Shown: positions 58,598-64,000 of the stretch, in pieces
How the letters are laid out: the number at the start of each line of letters is the position of its first letter
How positions within the stretch are numbered: the first letter of the stretch is position 1
DNA from: Octopus sinensis
Lineage: Eukaryota
Reading direction: 5' to 3'
DNA: 64,000 bases
Assembly (NCBI RefSeq): GCF_006345805.1
Contig: NC_043016.1
Span: 24,614,001-24,678,000 of the forward strand
The notes under the pieces: generated by a model
Databases searched by the model: none
Told to the model about the DNA's origin: nothing
The model's input: only the letters and a program-made list of their open reading frames with translations
Made by a program: the position numbers and the translations under genes

Positions 58598-59639
58598 CAT
58601 ACACATATGTATATATAAGAGAATAACATTTCATGGCTTTTGTTACTTTCCTTCAAAATTTCAAGTTTTAAGAATTTCTGAGAAATAAATTTATCATATT
58701 TAAAAACATAAATGTGTCAAAGAGACAATTTCAAAATTTCATATTGAAGTCAAACATTTTAAAGCATTTGTCATGGAAAAATACTCATTATACTGTTGAG
58801 CAAGAGTTGCCAGCCAAAGAATGAAATCTAGACATATATCAACATGCACAAATACAGTGTATCAATCCTCATTGGAAGGGTACATGCATATTAAGGAAGG
58901 GTAAAATTATGTACAAGAACCATCCTAAAGAAATATTGAATATGAGTACAGAGTCTTCAGTGATTTCCAGGGCAACAGATTCAAGCAAGAAGATCATTTG
59001 AAGAGAGAAAAAGAATTGGAGGAGAGAAGAGAGTAGAACATGAAGAAAAGAATAAAAAGGTGGTTGAAAAATAAGGGAGTAAAAAAGCAGTTTGTTTATA
59101 AAAGAAAATTATTTAAACTGATAGGATTTTAAGAGGGTAAGAATATTTCGACAGAAAAGAGGTAAGGAAAAAAATTATGATGAGAAGCTCTATATAGATC
59201 AAAAGTTCTAAGGTATGATTGGAAGCTTCATGTCAAAGGAGGAGACGGATAATGAAGCAATGCACTTTTTTTTTTTTGTTAAATAAGTATGAGTTAGTAA
59301 TTTTTACTAAAATATGCAGGAATGTTAAGGTCAAAAAATAATAATGAAAAAAAGATTAATAAAATAACAATTTTAAAATAATTAAATGGATAAGTTAATA
59401 AAATAAAGACAGCAGGAAACATATCGAAGCAGATTTGGATTTTAAGTATGGTCTGCCTGTAAATCCACAGATTAATTCATTAGGGAATGAAGCCCTGCCA
59501 CTGGCAATCACTAAAGACAACAAAAAAAAATCTAGGATACATTCCAACAGGCCAGTCATGAAAGTGTTTATAAAAGAAACAAAATAATATGTATAGCAGG
59601 GGTAAATGTATTAATTTTTTTAAAGCAAAAGAAACTCAC

Positions 59640-59680
59640 AAGAAAGCAAGTTTATAATTGCCACAAATTAAGATTAATTC
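59640..59680 (-). CDS. KLC: Candidate alternative KLC exon (41 nt)
   Basis: Preceded by a long (TC)n tract and tttttcag|, followed by |gtgagt; phase 0 to 2. Reads ELILICGNYKLAF. Confidence 0.45.
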
Positions 59681-59687
59681 CTGAAAA

Positions 59688-59775
<88 letters not shown>
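59688..59775. repeat. (GA)n microsatellite, a polypyrimidine tract on the KLC strand
   Basis: Directly visible. Confidence 0.95.
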
Positions 59776-59934
59776 GCAAAATTAAAAAAAGCAGTAAATG
59801 GCAGCTGACTGAGAAGCAACAACCATGTAGAATTAATTTATCATTAATTATATCTGTAACGCTAACAATATCTACTTCCTCCTTCAATGACATCTATGTT
59901 GGAATGTGTCCACTTTTTCTGTACTCATACTCAC

Positions 59935-60129
59935 CCCTTCCCATGACCAATTCATAGTGATACTCACTTCATCACCATCACCACTTCTCTCATATGAGAC
60001 ACTATCCGTTGAGTTTCGACGATTACGATCTCTGCTTTGAGAACGTTTCTTGTCTTTTGGGGACTGGCCCTTAGAATAGTCACTGCATAGAACTTCACTT
60101 ATTTTGGGCTGCCTGACTCCATCCAGACC
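59935..60129 (-). CDS. KLC: Kinesin light chain exon after TPR6 with two alternative donors (exon ends at 59968 or 59935)
   Basis: Acceptor tttcctgttag|. Reads GLDGVRQPKISEVLCSDYSKGQSPKDKKRSQSRDRNRRNSTDSVSYERSGDGDE|VSITMNWSWEG|; both donors are gtgagt and phase 0. Confidence 0.93.
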
Positions 60130-60287
60130 CTAACAGGAAACCAAAGAAATGCCAATAAAAAAAAAAAAAAGGAAGAAAAAGAAATGAGGGAGGGTAAGGA
60201 TTTTTCAGAGCCAGTATGATGATTTCGAGTGCCAAGGTTGATTTACATTTAATATGTTTTTCAGTTCTGTATTTAAGTGATGAGGAA

Positions 60288-60420
60288 TTATGTACATTAT
60301 TTACATTTGATGGATATTTGTCCTCATTTTGTTTGTTGTTAATACATTTCAGCTGAAACGTTGTGTTAACAACAAACAAGATGAGGACAAATATCTGTCA
60401 AATGTAAATAATGTAAATAA
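60288..60420. repeat. About 130-bp imperfect palindrome in a KLC intron
   Basis: tacattatttacatttgatggatatttgtcctcattttgtttgttgttaa...tttcagctgaaa...ttaacaacaaacaagatgaggacaaatatctgtcaaatgtaaataatgta. Confidence 0.9.
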
Positions 60421-61824
60421 GTAAGTTTCCAGTCAATACTTTCACACTGGCCCACAGAACTAGCTATGTATTATGCTGTGAGGCCCATGATAACATGTAT
60501 AAACCAGGGTACTGATATTAACTAAACACTAAGAAAATAAAATGAGGAGGAAGTGATGGAAAATAAAAATAAAGCTTAGAAATAAAACTGAATTGTATGA
60601 TAAAAGAATAAAGTGCAGTGCACACATGCTTTTGACAATACCTAGCAACATCACCACCTATATATTCCAAACTTCTCTAGTAAAAGAATTAAAGGTCACT
60701 AAAAACTGAAATCCCAAATCTTGAATTATGCAATATGGATTAAAAAAACCCCAAAAAAACCCTTTCTCCAGTTTGCCATGTACTTAAGTGCATGCATATT
60801 ATGCGCAGGAATGTGTGTCAGTGTGTATGTGTGTTTAAGATAGAAAGCCCAAATGCAAACCCTAAAATGGTTTATATTCAGTTATTAAAAAAAACTTCAA
60901 ATCAAAAAGTCAGTTCTATTTGATAAACACACAAACAAAGAAGCATTAAAATTTCAGTGGTGATAAGAAAATATAAAACGAAATAATAATAATTTCACAT
61001 TTTGGCATAAGGCCAGTAATTCTGGGTAGGGGTAAGTTAATTATATCAACCCTAATGCTCAACTGGTACTTATTTTATTGACCCTGAAAGGATGAAAAGC
61101 ATCAGCAGTATTTGAACTCAGAATGTAAAGACAGACAAAATGCTGCTAAGCATTTTGCCTGGCATGTTAACAATTCTGGCAGTTTGCCACTTTATTTATT
61201 AATAATAATAATAATAATAATAATTAGGTTGTGAAATCGAGTAGCTATATAAAAATACAAATTTTATCACATTTTAGAATGTATTTCATGAGCTACTAGT
61301 TTATTATAATAAGAGTCCTGAATTTAATCATCTAATATTATGTAAACTGTAGTAATACAGAAATAGCAATTGCATAAAAGGAATTATGTAGGTATAGTCA
61401 TCACATGACATATGATACCTTATTACGTAAATAAAGACAGGTGAATATTTTAGGTGAGTGATAAATTTATTTAAAACAAAAACAAACAAACAATAGTAGT
61501 TAAGTTTTTAAACAATTTAACTATATTTGCTAAACAACATGTAACTTTCACTAGAAAAATAAAGACCATGATAACTGAATAAGTTGTGTTTGGCCTATAT
61601 ATTTGGTTGAAGACTAACACAATGAAAGAAATAAATAAATATAAATCAAATGGAAGGTAGTAAAATAAATAATTTATGTCTACTTTAAACTGCAGTTTGA
61701 CAATGTTTTCATTTCACTATTTGTTTTATGTGTGTGTGTGTATATATATATAGCCTCCTCTAAATTAAAAGCAGTTACAAATATATATCAAAGATTTCAT
61801 AGAAACTGCAAAAAGCATTACATG

Positions 61825-61860
<36 letters not shown>

Positions 61861-61873
61861 CAAATGCAGGCTA

Positions 61874-62239
<366 letters not shown>

Positions 62240-63242
62240 TCATTAATATAAATTATTACATCAAATGCTAAATAGACAGACCAGAGTTCTGATATCGTAA
62301 TTCAGAAATATTTGGAAATTTTGAATCCTTGTTAGTTAGTTATTCAAATGGTAAATAGCATTTTAAAAAATTGCTGTATGATACTTTTATAAGTTCTAAA
62401 TTTGTTACAATAAGTGATTTGATAAACAATGAAATAATTCAGAATAAATTTAAAACATTAGTAAATATTATGAGTTACTTAAATTAAGTGTTAAGATTAT
62501 GATTTTTTTTCCTTTTTTTGTTTTTGCATTAGGCATATCAAGTCATATGCTAGTAAAGCTAAGCATCTTGGCAATAGTTAAAATACAAAACCAACAAAGG
62601 GAATGTAGACATGTTAGCCAGAAGCCAAGTATCTGGTACATTATTTTGTCAACACATCCACAAACAATAAAAATATCCTAAAATTAATTCCAGTATTAAT
62701 AAAATCAATATTAGCCATTGTAATAAATCCAATTACACAGCTACTCTTCTTTCACTCACAAGATTAAGTCTTATGCTAAAGAAAAAAGATATTTTCACCA
62801 CTGATTTTAACAAAATTTAAATTAAATTTATCTTGCTTTTAATTTGCTCTTTAAATTGCAGAAAGTTCAACATATCACTGATTAATGTGTGTGAGTATAT
62901 ATATATATAATTTGGATAATATGCATGTATATACATAATCTAGCTCAGATGATTGTAAAAATGTGTACTGACAACTTCCAGAGGAAGTTGCTCTAATAAC
63001 ACAAATAGCATAACATTCACACATACATTACTTTACATAATCAAAAATATATATTTGCTATTTTATCATTTAGACAAAACACAAAAACTAAATAAATAAA
63101 TAAAAGCTACTATGACAATTATTTTTGCAGTAAGAAACTATATAAGAAACTTGTATTATATAAGAATTTGTATCAATTTGTGAGCAACTATAATATTAAG
63201 AAGATGAGTAAATAGTTAGTTTCTAAATGTAAAACAACTTAC

Positions 63243-63251
63243 CTCTTATCA
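63243..63251 (-). CDS. KLC: Candidate 9-nt KLC microexon before TPR6
   Basis: ttctgtttcactattttatcacag|TGATAAGAG|gtaagt; frame-preserving in a phase-2 intron (T GAT AAG AG). Confidence 0.7.
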
Positions 63252-64000
63252 CTGTGATAAAATAGTGAAACAGAAATTAACCTACAAACATTTTTTTATT
63301 TGTTTATTTATGGTATTCAAAACAAATTCATAATTAAAAAATATTCTACAACTAAATACGAGAGCTTAATGAAATGTAGACAACTTTCTCAAGACCATCT
63401 ATAAGTGATTATGATAAATGAGACATAAAGTGAAAGTAAGAGAATAAAAGCAGAAGTTTTCAGAGTTCTAGAATGGAATTACATGGGAAGCCCTGCAACA
63501 CATTGCATAATAAGAGCTCCATGTGAAGACTAGGACAAGTAAGTTTGGTTTGAGTTCACTCAAGATCTATCAATAGGAATTGAACTCTTCACTGCTAGCT
63601 ACTAATAAACCCACTGAATAGTTCAGTGTTGCCTGCAGCCACAACAGAGAGATGCACTTTCATGTGGTGCCAGATTATAACGTAAGAAAATGCTGTTTGA
63701 AAGAAAACTTTTATTGGCATGGGTACGGCACTTTGTTGGCAACAGGATTTGAACTTCTGACCTTCTGAGTACTAGTTCTGACTTTTGAAAATGGAATAGT
63801 AATGAAACAAAAGCAAAAACAGCAAAAATATAAATGAAGGAAATTACAATTATGAAGTGTGGACACTATATATGGATCAGTAAGAATGATGTGCAGTTAA
63901 AATAGGGGGGGTATGTGTTTTATTGAATATGATGCGATGAAGACAGGGTGATAGAAATAAGTTTAGATATAGTGGAAAAGAAGAATAAAGAATAATATCT

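Overview
AT-rich, microsatellite- and SINE-dense animal DNA; the repeat families and the kinesin light chain sequence point to a coleoid cephalopod, most likely Octopus (inference). Two intron-containing genes end tail-to-tail. (1) The + strand carries the last five exons (2654-7125) of a single-pass membrane receptor: Thr-rich stalk, one TM helix, and a tail with two FxNPxY motifs, an NPF motif and C-terminal DSTI. (2) The - strand carries the 3' half of kinesin light chain (about 63251 down to 43154, plus a long 3' UTR), with a 9-nt microexon, tandem alternative donors and a candidate mutually exclusive exon. Strong - strand splice signals inside the receptor gene suggest an unannotated spliced antisense transcript. 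Between the genes lies a transposon graveyard: a nearly complete frameshifted CR1 LINE nested in a long inverted-repeat element, a second CR1 remnant, three mariners, Tc1, hAT and Penelope fragments, Helitron-like elements, piggyBac/hAT/Kolobok-like MITEs and several SINE families. No CRISPR, rRNA or genuine tRNA genes were seen. All exon calls were read by eye; no database search was run.
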